Shown: positions 26,580 through 40,700 of the stretch, in pieces | Numbering within the stretch: position 1 is the stretch's first letter | How the letters are laid out: each line of letters starts with the position of its first letter | Source of the DNA: Octopus sinensis | Taxonomy: Eukaryota | Length of the DNA: 64,000 nt | Assembly (NCBI RefSeq): GCF_006345805.1 | Contig: NC_043005.1 | Span: 21,018,001-21,082,000 of the forward strand | Direction: 5' to 3' | The notes under the pieces: model-generated | Told to the model about the DNA's origin: nothing | Databases searched by the model: none | What the model saw: the letters and a program-made list of their open reading frames with translations, nothing else | Position numbers and translations under genes: made by a program

Positions 26580-27222
26580 CAGCTTCAAATAGACATACAC
26601 ATGTTTCTAGTGTATCGATTAGTAACCGTTGCAGTTGCAACCCTACTGTAATACTGGTGCAGTTTCTTCAAGCTCTTCACTTTAATATCCTTTAATTTAA
26701 TGGAGTGTAGTGGAGGCAGAAAAAGCAATGGAGGGGATGTGATATGTGCCAATTCTGCTCTCAGGTCACTACAAGAGATGAGTAGTACCATTGATTAGTG
26801 ATAGGTTGTTGGGGATAAGAATCAAGTGTGAAATGCATGACATAGGGTAGGGGTCTAACAATTATAAGCATAACCATGTGGTTTTAGGATACAATTTTTT
26901 GCTGTAATGGGCAACCTCTCTCAAACTGAAAGAAGAGCAAAATGCCAGTCATGGTCTTTTATCATCTCCTCTGTAAATCTCTACAAATTCTATCCAATTT
27001 AAGTGATCAGCATTTCTTAATGCAACTGTCTTCATTACATGATCAAACCAGAGCAGTCTTTTCTCCTGCATGCTATATGTAATGTCTAACTTTAGTCTCA
27101 AAACATTAGCACTTAGCCTCATTTACCTCTAGTCTTTGCATGTCCTCTGTGTTCATAGTCTACATCATACTACTATGTAGTGTTGCATTTCATACACAAG
27201 CATTATTAAATCAGCCTTTCAC

Positions 27223-27267
<45 letters not shown>

Positions 27268-30200
27268 TTGTTATCAGCAAAGATAAAAGCTCTCTGAACT
27301 TTCTCTATTCTACTCTACTCTACTCTTATTCTATGAGCTACACTTTGAGAACATCCTGCTCTAATGTTAGTTAAATAACAGGAACTACCATAGATCACAG
27401 AAACTATCTGCTACGTCTGGGGAGCCTACCTCATATCCTATTTCTTGTCAATTATACCTTCTCTAGTTTATGAGTCGGTATCAATAAGTTCCTTGACTAG
27501 TTTTGCAGTGTGCCCATAGATTGCAACACATGATTGTGTGCACAAGGAGAGCCAGTACTAACCTTCATGAGATAGTGTGCTGAGTGACATCACTGTGTTT
27601 ACTTAGCAAGTTGTGAAATTGGTGTTTTTGTGATCACAGGTATGTTGTAGTCTGTGATTTTGTCATGGACAGGATTAAAGCGCCAACGTGAAATTTTGTG
27701 TTAAACTTGGGAAGTCTGCTACAGAAATATTGAGCATGCTTTGGCAAGCTTATGACAATGAGGCAATGGGTTCTACACAATGTTTCAAGTAGCACAAATG
27801 TTTCAAAAGCAAAAGAATGTCCCTGGAAGATGATGAGTGATCTGGAAGATCTGCCACAAATATCGACCCCAGAAATGTGGAACTGTGCATCAAGGATTTC
27901 TTCCCCAGTTCCAGACCATAAATCTATAGTTCTACTGCAATGTTTTGAAGCAGTTGAGGCAGGACATTTGGCGAAAGTGACCAGACCTGTGGAGTGTGAA
28001 GAATTGGACTCTTCACCAAGCTCTCTTCACTGGTGAGTTTCTCACCAAAAACAACATAGTATCACTTCTGCATTCACCCTATTCACCAGATTTAGCCCCT
28101 GCAGAATATTATCCCTTTCTCAAGACGAAAATGACGCTCAGAGGTCACGATCCATAACAAATTGCATAAAGTCCTCAACTTGCTAATGGAAAACACTTCC
28201 AGGCTGGAATCCAAAGTGGTAGGAATGCTGGGACCAGTGTATTGTTGCACAAGGTAACTATTTTGAAGGAGATGTTGTTCAAACATAGGTGAATAAGTAA
28301 TGTTTTATTAAACATAACTAGTCTATGAACCTTTTGATACCAGCTCACACATCTCAATGGAATGGAACATCTGCTCATTTGCTTTGTGTGGAAGAGGTAT
28401 ATTCCTCTGGTCAGATGCTACATTTGATGGAAGACTGTATGTTATGGCTGATGATGCACAAACATGATCTAAGGCTGAAACATCCCCAGCAATTCCCTGT
28501 TGCTATATGTCAGGTATTTGTTTTCACAGCTCATCTCTTTGATAGAGCTGTAATTCTTCATCAAGCAAAGATAAAAACAGGGCAATTGGCATCTGAAATG
28601 ATATCAAGCACTCACAGTCCACTATCAATTGTGAAATGTGGTTACTTCTAGTTCTATATTGATGTCCTTCAAGAGATTAGTGGAGGGCAAGAATGACTAC
28701 ATTCTCATAAAAAATCTAAGTGTTGATGAAAAGCAACTGGTGCTGTGGACCTTCACTCTGGGATGGCATGAATGATTTCAGAAATATCTGGACTGGCAAT
28801 GCTAACAGAGGAGGATAGTGAATTCAAGATAAATTCTACATCATTGGAAGTTCAATCAGTTGGGTGTGTTCCAGCTGCATGCCAAATGATGAAGCTGTTC
28901 TGCATGCCTTTGTCTTGTACCTGTGCATTGTGAATTGTGGAGTTAAGATTCAAACACTTGCTGTCATACATAGGATACATCAAGCTATCAAATGAGTTCT
29001 TTGAAAACATCGTTCCACTTCTTTCCTCTGGCCAAGAAGGTCAGGTATACTTTATCTGACTGGTGGTGATTGCTAAGTAGACTGTTTAGTGGACCAGATT
29101 GAAAGGGCTGTAAACAGATACCTTTCTCTCTGGTGAAGTTTCCTGCTGTTTTAAGTTTTACTTGAAAAAGAAACTGAAGATTGAAAGGTAAATGCTGTCA
29201 CCCAACAAATTTGTTGAAAAGTAAATGAATTGGCAAGCAATGTCCAAGGGCAGATCTGAGTATGCACCATTGGAGTGTAGAAGCATTATTAATAGAGGAC
29301 ACTAACCTGGTTGGTCAGGGTTTCTGTGGTTTTTGTAGGGTTTCTACCTGTTAACCCCAGAGGTCTTCCTTTCTCTGGGGAATTATTGTATGATTTTACT
29401 TTTTACATACTGTTTTGAATAATCCCACATTGTGTCTTACTACACTTTCCCCAACTTTTATTTTAAATCTTAGTGGTAAATAAGGAAGCATAACTACTAC
29501 TAATACCACCACCACCACCACTACTACTACTATATATTGAAAATACTTGATAAATACATTGAAGTACTATATATGTGAAATTTTGAATAAATTTTAGAAA
29601 GCCATCCAACTCAGTATTTTTCCTGGTGACAATTTATTATAAAAACAGAATCCATTTTCAAACCAGTTTTTAGCATAAGACACCTTTCTCAAAATTCATG
29701 TGAATTCCGGTATATCACGAGACATAATTGAAATTTCACCTTCATGATTCAGTTGCAGATAATGCATTTGTACATCCCTCTTCTGACAGTGTGCTTTTAT
29801 GTTTGATTTAATGGCCACAACAACAATTGACTCATTCATCAACCATCTGCTGAATAGTATTCCATCCCTATAAAAATACAACATTAGAAGCGGGAATATA
29901 TAAATGTGTTATGTGCAACTTAAGTTTTGAAACACAGAACAAATGACTTTCAGGAGGTGCTACATTTCACATGAATCCTGACTAAGTTGTCATTTTGTGT
30001 ATCAATTATTTGTTTATAATAGATTATCTATTTAAAACAAATTATGCACCAGATGTTATATAATATTCAATGTGTGAGTTTAAGAATTTATTTCTTGTTT
30101 TTTCTTCTCTAGCAAAAGAAGACATTGTTACATTTAAAAAAACTCTTATAAGAGGGGAAGATAGTTTTGAACGACTGACTGATGTGAGCTTAATGGAGTG

Positions 30201-30428
30201 TGCTAAAGCTTGTAATCTAAATCCAAGTTGTAATTCTTATGAGTACAATGAAAAATTTAAGCTCTGTGATCGAAGTAATGTGACTCACTTGACTCATGAC
30301 CTTCAACCCAGCAGAGGGAATTGGGATGTTTACATCAGAAACCCAGGTCAGTGGTGTTTGTGTTTTATTTTTATGTGCGTGCTTTCATGTGAGTGCGTTT
30401 GTATGTTTGCCATATATATGTGTATGTA

Positions 30429-30479
<51 letters not shown>

Positions 30480-30574
30480 TTATATATATATCAATCTGTT
30501 TTATCTACTATCTATTTATCTATTCATCTATCTGTCTATATATATGTATATACACACACTTATACATGTATATA

Positions 30575-30642
<68 letters not shown>

Positions 30643-30647
30643 TAATA

Positions 30648-30689
<42 letters not shown>

Positions 30690-31417
30690 CAACATACAGA
30701 AAAGAAAATTGCACTACTAGGCACTGCACACATCCTACGCAGAACACTTTCCATACAATAACCATCAGAGCATCACAACAAATCACAGCACATACCCAAG
30801 GCACACAGAGCTGCGCTCGGTAGTGAAGTGAAAGCACGCTATAAAAAAAATAAAACTACTGAATAATAATAATAATAATAACAGGGAATATGATTCCAAA
30901 CTTACAGGGAAAAATTCAATTTAGTAATACTAAATCAAATTTCACAATATATAATATATGTATATAAATTAGAGAAGAACCACTATGTAGCAATTGAACA
31001 ATGATATAATTAAATCATACCATATAGAAAAAAATTAAATATACTATAAAACATATACCTATAATTAAGTAAAGTACAAAATAATAAATAAATAGTATAT
31101 AATTGGTAAAAAGACTACATGTGTTTCATTGCTATATTTTCAAACTGATAGCAGTAAAATCAATTCAATTTAACTATAGTCAATTTAAATATAGATAGAT
31201 AGATAGATAGATGGATAGATAGATATGGATCAAAATAGTATGATTCAAATTTGTTGGAGCTCTTGAGTTTCAAGTGTAATTTTCAGATTCAAAGTGGCTG
31301 ACAACTAGCATCATGCTTGAAATTCATGAGTACCAACAAATTTGAATCAAACCGTTCTGATCCATACATGTAACTCCCAATAAGTTGGTTGAGTGCCCTT
31401 GTCATTTGTCCTTTCAC

Positions 31418-31467
<50 letters not shown>

Positions 31468-34400
31468 ATATATGTATGTATATAAGTGGTGGAGTGGGAT
31501 ATGGCCTAGTCACCCGTATAGGTAATCAGGTTGTTCACAAGGGAGTTATACCCATTGACTGGTGTAGCAGCATTATAGTCAACTGCTACAAAGGCATGGG
31601 CCATGCCCAGGACAAAAATAGTTACAGAGACATCAAATTGCTGGACCAGGGGTGAAAATTACAAATACAATCTGTTACCAGAACAGTAAAACTATACAAG
31701 ACTTTGTGACATTCCTTTTGTTATCAACATTTCAAAGATGGAGCTTTGTATTTTTGTTAGAAACCAGCACCTTCTTCAGTGGAAGAATTTAAATGATAAA
31801 ACAGAAGAGAAAAATGCATTCATACATACATACATACATACATTTTATAAGGTACGTTTTTATATTCCTGTGCAAATTTCTTCAATTTGATTCACTCATT
31901 ATTTTTTATTTATTGTATTGTTATTTTTGCCCTATTTTCACCTCCCTCTAAACACGCAAGGACCATTTGTGTCAATTTCTCTTTTCATTTCCAGATTTTG
32001 TACTAATTGACTGTGGAACTCCAAGAGAAGTTTCTGGTTCATTGAAGTCCTATAATTCCACCAACTATAAATCTGAAGCCACTTATACTTGCCCAAACGG
32101 AGAACAAGTGAAGTCAGTGTGTGAAAAGGACAATAAGTGGACTTCAGTACCATTTTCTTGTAAAGGTAACATAAAATGTTTCTCTCTTGTTGCCTTTGTC
32201 TGTGTAATTTTGTTTTACTTTTGTGTTACATGTCTTTGTCGGAGGATGAGTGGCTAGTTTAGGTAGATTTGTGGCTGGTAGGTGGAAGCTTACAGATCAC
32301 AGATGTTCCCAAATACTTGCAAATGGGTGGGATGCATTAATTCTGGTCAAGGACCAGGTAATGGTATTAAACTGGGTGATGGATGCTGTCTACAAACCGA
32401 GAGCTGGAAGTGTAGAAACTAATTGTCACCAGCAAGCTTCAACACAGATTCCGTCCACAAAATTTCATCCACAAGACTTAGCTGAGAAGTAAATTTTTCA
32501 CTACACAGCAAAAACTCCATGCAAAACCACAATGTTATCTCCACTGTTATGCCTCATGTCATCTTGGCCATTTCTCACTTAATTTCTAACTTGACTTACT
32601 CACCCATACTTTGTGTCATCAATCAAAACCCTGCACATTATAATACCTTGTGTCCATCTTTACTAAAACATGGCAATACTCTGAAACAGACTTCTGATGC
32701 TCTTATCTTCTAATCCACCACCCTTAATCATGATAATATTAATAATAATAATGAGTCCTGATTTACACACAAAGATAGCAAGTTATGGTGGGAGTTGTTT
32801 CGTCAATACCATCAACCATATTATTTGACTGGTACGTTATGTTATTATGTTATATCACACAAGTATGAAAGGTGAACGGATAACCAAAAGAACCTGAGTT
32901 CATACCAGAAAGCATTTCTTCCAGTTTTCCAGTTAGTATACACATAAACACTGGAATAAAAAAAAAAAGAAAAAGATGAGGATGATTTTGTGATAAACGT
33001 TAATGTAGTAGGACTTTGGTCTAGGACCAACTGAAGAACCCTATCTCTGAAAATCACCCTGAATTCCGTGCATAAGTTTGCTCTGCAGTTATTGTTCTCT
33101 AGCTTACATGTTTATGCCCTGTGGCCCTTTTTGCTACTTTCACCTTACTTTCAATAATCATCTCTGAGGACAGTATCTTCCTTTCTATTCTCACTTTCTT
33201 TGCAAGGGAAACTTCAAAAATACAAATGAGCGATTGGCTAAACAGGAAAGTCACTCTCATCTGATCTATCAACCATATCCACCTTGTGACCTCTTTTGCT
33301 ATCGCCACCAAACAGGAAGACTGACTTCTTTGATTGGTTGAAGGAATGTGTGAAGCAATCATCATGATAGGCTTGTCTCATAGCCAGATCTATCCCATAC
33401 TGAAGACCATCTGTTTGACATAACTGCAAGTTAACAGTATATGGAAAATGAAAGATTTCATGCAAAATTATTTATTTTTACCACAAGTATCTGTGACAGG
33501 CTTGTCTGATGCACTTCCATGCCTGTAGATTTTATCTTGGACCAGTAGAGTCTTTTTGCAGCACTACTGAGCCAAAGAATTAAGAATGTTATCCATAGAA
33601 AACCCTGAACAAAAGCCTTGAAAAAAAATAGCCACTTCAGTTTCATTGCTACCCAGAGCAACCCTGAGAATATCAATACTCTATCCTACAAATCCTCTTG
33701 CTCAGGTTTGACATAGCATACTATATCTGAAATCTTTAAGATTAAGTGAGATAGTGTAGCCCAACTCTATCCTACAAATCCTCTTGCTCAGGTTTGAGAT
33801 AGCATACTATATCTGAAATCTTTAAGATTAAGTGAGATAGTGTAGCCCATTCTTTTTAATACTTTTGAGTATGATTGAAGGAAATTTTGCTTATCAGTCT
33901 TAATATGTTGTGCATAGGTGTGGCTGTGTAAGCTTGCTTCCCAACCACATAGTTCTAGGTTCAGTCCCACCGTGTGGCACTTTGGACAAGTGTCTTGGTC
34001 TATAGCCTCAGGCCAACCAAAGCTTTGTGAGTGGATTTGGTAGACAAAACAGAAGGAAGACCGTCATATACAGGGGGTAATGGGTAAATTGTCACTATTT
34101 TGTACTTTTAATTTCTTGCATGTACTTTGTTTATTTTTGATTTTGTTGACTATACAGTATAGTAGGGTCAGTTGGACACCATCTGTGAGAAAAACAGCAC
34201 CATGATGAAATTCTCTCTGCCAGAAATTGAAAATTACTTGCTGTATTGCTTGGCATTCACACCGGAAGCTGTGATACGAACATTTCAAAGTGTTTGGGTG
34301 TCTATCTCAGGACAGTGCAAAGGATTTGGTAAGAGTTGAATGAGTCTGATAGTGATTACAAAAGTATGGTAACTTGGAAAACTCACTCTGATCATTCTAA

Positions 34401-37400
34401 TAAGAAAAGAACCCCAGAATTTGTTGGTGAGATCCAGGCCATGATTGACAACAATCCCTCCAATTTAATCAGGTCCATTGCCAGGGACATGGGAGTGTGT
34501 GAGTTTCTTGTCAGGCAGGTAGTGCATGAAGACATTTGGTATTCCTCATACAAGATGAGAAAAGGCCAATTTTTATCTCCAGCTATTAAGGACAAGAGGA
34601 AAGACCATGCTACAAAGCTTTTGAACTAACTTAAGCATCCCCTCTGACCAAACATGCTTTCATTTTCCTGAGACAAGAAACAATTCTACCAAGATCAGAT
34701 GGTGAACACACAGAACAACTGTCCCCAAAACATGTAATGACAGTGATAAAAATCAAACATCCAGTCAACACCATGGTGTTTGGAATGATCACTAATGATG
34801 GCGACGTTATGCCTCCATTCATCTTCCCACATGGCCTCAGACTCAACACAGAGGCCTACAGCAAGTGCCTGGAGGAGGGTGCTGCTCTAGGTCAAAAGGG
34901 TGACTGCTGAAAAACCCTATGTCTGGCAACAAAACTCTTCACCATACCACACAAGCAGGAGAAGCCAATTATGGCTTTCAGACAATTTCTGCAACCACAA
35001 CACCCCTAATATCTGGCCACATAACCCCCCCCCCCGACTGAAATCCCCTTAATTATTATGTGTGGGGTACAGTTTAGTGAGACACCAACAAAACTCCTTG
35101 TAACACCAAATATGAACTGTAGGCAAGGATTATGGCTGCGTTCACCAACTTAAACAAGGGGATTCCACAGTCATCTGGAGGCTGTGGCTGAAGCCAATGG
35201 CGATTTATTGACTACATTTACTCTTTAGTATTTGAAGATATCTTTATGCAATTTTGGTAAATATATCTGTTAAAATGAGATGTCAGTATTATTTTCATTT
35301 TTGCATAATTTAGACAACAGTTTATGCATCGCACCCTGTATGTGTGTGTGTATCTTTGTCTGCATTTGTCCTCCACCACTGCTTGACAACTGGTGTTGGT
35401 GTGTTTATATCCTTGTAACTTAATGTTCAGTGAAAAAGACCATTAAAATAAGTACCAAGCTTTAAAAAAAATAAGTACTGAGGTCAATTCATTTGACTAA
35501 AAATCCTTCATGGTGATACTCATGCATGGTTGTTGTTTAATGACTGAAACAAGTAAAAGATCGAAGATAAGAAACAATGTTGGACATCCACAAAGGGGTA
35601 TCCGCAGTGGCTGGTCTATGGTAAAATTTGAAATTAATATTGGAGTCTAACATATCTAAGTTATCCTCCAGTAAATTCTGTTATCTGGTTCACCACAACC
35701 ATCTGGTCCTTCAGATAATCATGGACAACAGTTGATTCAATGTTAATATATTTATTACAATAATAAACACTTTACATACTCAAGCTGGGCATGGTCTATG
35801 TTAATGTCGCAGTCTTAGAAGGGAGGGTAAGTTGAGAATCCTATGACACAGCTTTATTTTTTTCTGTCATAACTAGTTTACTGAAAAATAAAAGTACCAC
35901 CTTGTAATGTACTATATATTCATTGTTTAGACACATGGTCAAACATAATTAGAGAAATCAATGAAGTTGTCTGATATTCATGTCTTTCTCAAGAGCTCCA
36001 ACTCGCTATATATTTTCTGCAAACAACTTGCACATGCTACCCATTGAAAGCTCCACATACTGGAAGCTAACAAGTGTATGGGATCGTAAGAGAGAATGCA
36101 CGCTGTTTCAGGCCCTACCTCTTAACGGCATCAATGCGCACCAGCTCATTCACTGATATGAGGTCCTGCTTGCTAGATCAACTGGTTATCAAATAAAGCT
36201 CAATATTCTTCTAGCCATCGCTCATCGTTTTTAACCAAATCCTGTGGCTACCCTTTTCCACTGTAGTTTAGATATCGGTCGTGGTTGTATTTACTTTACA
36301 ATGAGTTAGGCTAATGATAACAACAGTCATCTCACACTGTGTCCAACAAATCCTCTACATCCAACTTCGATTGGAAAATGCTCTGCTTTCCAGCCTACGT
36401 CTTCACATTCCTTTAGGAGGTTTACATAACAGTCAATCTTTCAAGCCCAAGTGGCGTCCATATTATCTACATGAGAAACTGCTAACTCGACTAGATTCAC
36501 AACTTTCTTTCTTTCAGACCACATTAAAATGTCTGTTTTGTTTTGTTTTTTTTTTGTAATTGGGATGGGAAAGAGTCCCTGGCACCCTAGTAACAACCAT
36601 TCCACTTTTCATCGCTCACAGGAAGTTTCCTTTTCTTCTTGAAATGGATCTGCTGTCCTGGGGGCACGAAGGTAATGAAATCTCTAGTTGATACTTTCAA
36701 TGGTCTTTTTCACTATTGTTGAGATCAATTTTGTTCTTTATAGCATTGAAGATAACCTCAAGGACCAGATTGTATCTTTATGTATGCCTATTCAATGCTA
36801 GTGAACTGTTAGAAAGAATATGTTTCAGTGTTCTGATCTTTCTACATTTGCATATATCATTCTGTGAGACGTTCCACCTTATTAGATTTGCAAGTGATAG
36901 CAAGACATCATAAGATGAATGAATCAGAAAACGTAACCAAGGTGTGATCCATCTCCATATCTTATCCCAACTTATTTTTCTCTCAACATGTTTCTCCCAT
37001 CTCATCATCTGTCCTTGTTGAGTGCATTGGATCAAATGAAGCTCTTTTCTCTCTGCTTTCCTTGTTTTGACACTGTTGCTAACAACAGATCTGTATTTGT
37101 TCCACATCTTACTTGAAAATGGTCTGAACCAATCTGTGCCAAAGCCAAGTCTCTTCCTATGAATTTGCATTGCACCTACCATATCTCAGTGTCTAAGATA
37201 AGACACAATATCATCAGTCTTTGCCTCTGCTTTCCACTTCCTTGCTGTTTCCACATCTGGTGGATTACACCTGATTTCGATGTCCTTCAGCTCTCTCAGC
37301 ATCATCACCATTTGTACCTTCCCTAGTTTATAAATTTCTACTACATTTCCACTATTGACACCAGAGGCAACGAGCCTCTTTTATAATAAAGAGCTGCACT

Positions 37401-37653
37401 GTTCAGTATCTGAGGTAGGCCTAATCACTTTCTAATGAACACATTACATTTTTGTTCAATGATTTGAACTCATGACAATGCTACCTCATATATTAAAAGT
37501 GGCCACGAAAGTCACAGATACATGCCAATCTGTAAGTACCAAACTTTATATTTATCTGGTAACTTTCCAGACATTTGTACATTACTGCATATGCTTTATA
37601 TGCACTTTTGACAAGTTGTAGTGCACCTGAGCACTATATACAATAATTTCATT

Positions 37654-37706
<53 letters not shown>

Positions 37707-40700
37707 CATTATGGTTTGAGTCCAGAGATGATTTGCCATGTGTTTTATGATCAGACAATTCACACTTCTCTGGCCTCTTCTTACAAGCCTTTCCCTGATG
37801 TATCTTCAAGTCACTTTTGGTTACAAAGGTCCTACAGCACAGCTTACATCTAAAGTTGTTTGCACTTAATTCACTGTTCAAAGGAATAGCTGTATTCATG
37901 TCCAAGGTCATTCCTGTGTTAACTAAGTTTCATTGATTCTCGACTCTCCACTCTTGGTCAATCACGGGGCTGTTATTCTCATTGGTATCTGTTACAACAA
38001 GTTAAAAATGCAAGGATTGTAAGTCTGCAGCCTACACCAGTCTTTCCTGGTGTCAATAGACGTTCCCACTGTCAGCTTGTCTTTCCGAGCAGTCCTCTTG
38101 TCTTTCAGGATGCCTAACCGTCTTTCCAGTCTGTCAGTGATTACCTACAATGTCTTAGATGTTCTTCAAACAACTTGCACATGCAAGTGCTACCAGTTGC
38201 AAACTCCACATATCAGAAGCCACCAAGTGTATGGGGTCATCAGGAGAGAATTTGTGCCATTTCAGGGCCTGCCTCTCTATAGCATCAATGTGCACTGGCT
38301 CCCCCCAGTGATATGAGGCCCTGCTTGCTAGATCAACTGATTATCAAATAAAGCTCAATATTCTTCTAGCCATCCCTTTTTACCAAATTAATCACTAGGG
38401 GAAAATACACATGTCAACTTCCTGCATGAAGAAAATATTAAAAATCATCTGTTGACTGAACAGCAATATCATATTTGATTAAAATTTCACCCTTTGTGGG
38501 TGCTGAAATCATTATGTCAATGACTTATTTTGGTCATGAGATTCGCAAGTGACAACCTTGTAAAAAACAATCACTTTTTCTTCATCTCACTAAAAGTATA
38601 ATTTTGATTTAGAATTTCTTAGCTTGCTACATTAAGTTGTGAGTGTCTATATTTACTATGTATTTTTATTTCTTCACTAGATAATGAAAGTGAAGTTATT
38701 TTTGTTTTATAAGGCAAAACTTTGCAAGATCAGTTAATTGATGTGTTACAGTCCTTGTCATGACTAAGTATAGTTAGTGATATCCATTTACATAGTGGCT
38801 TGAAATCACAACAGAATATATTTCACCTTTCATACTTCTGTGGTTGATGAAATGAGCATTAGTCATATACCGAGGTTGATATATTGTCATGTGCAGAGTG
38901 TGTATCTTTAATATTGGTTACTTCAACAATCATTATATTTTTGTATTCTTGTTGTGATGAAGGGTGATAGATCGACAAAGTCATTTGAGCATCAGTCAAA
39001 ATGTGTTGTGGAATGTGTTCTGGCTATTTGACTTTTGAGCATAAATCCTGTCGATGCTGAATTTGCTCTTCTTGGGTCAATAAAATGTAATACTTGTCTG
39101 GTGTAGAGGCCAACCAAATAGACTTATTCCTTCCTCTAAATCTTGGCCTTGTTTCTCTATTTCAATGTATTGTTGTTGTTATTGGTATATTTCATTGCCT
39201 TAAATTTTATTTTTTAATTCTAGATTCTCAGATCCATTTTGTGAAAATAAAAGATGCAGCTCTGGATGAAACAGGGAAAACATTGTGGAGTAAGAAAAAA
39301 GTAACAGTAGATGCATGTGCTGAAAAATGTTTTTCTGACGAAACTTGTTTATCATTTGAAATAACTAAAGGAAGTGGACTGTGTTACTTATCAAAGCAAA
39401 CTGCAGCTTCCTCCAAGAAAATAAAAACAGACAAAAGCAGAGATTACTACCAACGAGTAAAATGTAATTATTGTTTTTGTACTTTATTATTGGATTTTTC
39501 TGAATTTGTGATTCCATTTGTACTTCATAGTATATAGACAACTATTTGTGTGAAGACATTGACAGGTTAAGAATGTTATCCATAGAAAACCCTGAACAAA
39601 AACCTTGAAAAAAAATAGCCACTTCAGTTTCATTGCTACCCAGAGCAACCCTGAGAATATCAATACACTATCCTACAAATCCTCTTGCTCAGGTCAGGTT
39701 TGACATAGCATACTATATCTGAAATCTTGAAGATTAAGTGAGATAGTGTAGCCCATTCTTTTTAATACTTTTGAGTATTATTGAAGGAAAACTTAATCCA
39801 TCCAGAAAATTATGTTTTAGCAAAAGACTATCTTCTCAGAATAAATAAGAATTCTGGTACATCATGAGACATACATGAATGCTCACCTGAATATTTTGGT
39901 TGTACATAGTGCTTTTGTACATGCATCTTTCGATAACATTCATTTATTTAATACTAGTCCAACCCATGCTAGCATGGAAAGCGGACGTTAAATGATGATG
40001 ATGATGATGATGCATGGCCATTACCACAACACATGATACATTGATTAGCCATCTGTTTAATGGGGTATCAACCTTAATGTTGCCAGTATGTTTGGAGATG
40101 TTCTACCTCTCTCTCATGAATTCTTAAAAGAGTGTCAGTTTGTGAATCAATTATTTCTTTCTTTTACTTTTTAATTGCTTTATAAGACTTTGCAGCCATG
40201 CTGGGGCACTGCCAAAAAGAATTTTGGTCAAATGAGTTAACCCCAGTAGTTGTTTTTTTTTTTTAAGCCTGGCACTTATTCTAACAGTTTCTTTTGCCGA
40301 ACTGCTAATTTATGGTGACATAAGCACACCAACATAAGTTGTCAAGCAGTGATAGGGGATACACACATACACACGCACAATGAGCTTCTTTCAGTTTTTG
40401 TATGCCACTCATAAGGATTTGGTTGGCCCAAAGCTATAGTAGAAGACACTTACCCAAAGTGTCACGCAGCAGAACAGAACCTAGAACCATGAGGTTGAGG
40501 AGCAAACTTCTTACCACTCAGTCACATCTATGCCTGTTTATAATGAATTTTTCATTTGCAAAATTATGTTTCAAATGCTTTAAAATATGTAATGCATGCT
40601 AAGATGTGTTAGAATGTAGTTGTTTTCTTTTTTCTGTATTTTCAGCTGACAAGCCTCTTCAAATTAAAAGAGTTAGTATATTAGAGAAGGAAACTTTTGG

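Noticed and set aside
26590-26675. Minus-strand TTGAAGA...GAAACatgtGTA hammerhead-like pattern (similar case at 31725..31785)
   Set aside because: The core is mutated and stem I does not pair; too degenerate to support.
30296-30837. Long ORFs with poly-N, poly-I and CV repeats
   Set aside because: They are microsatellite translations.
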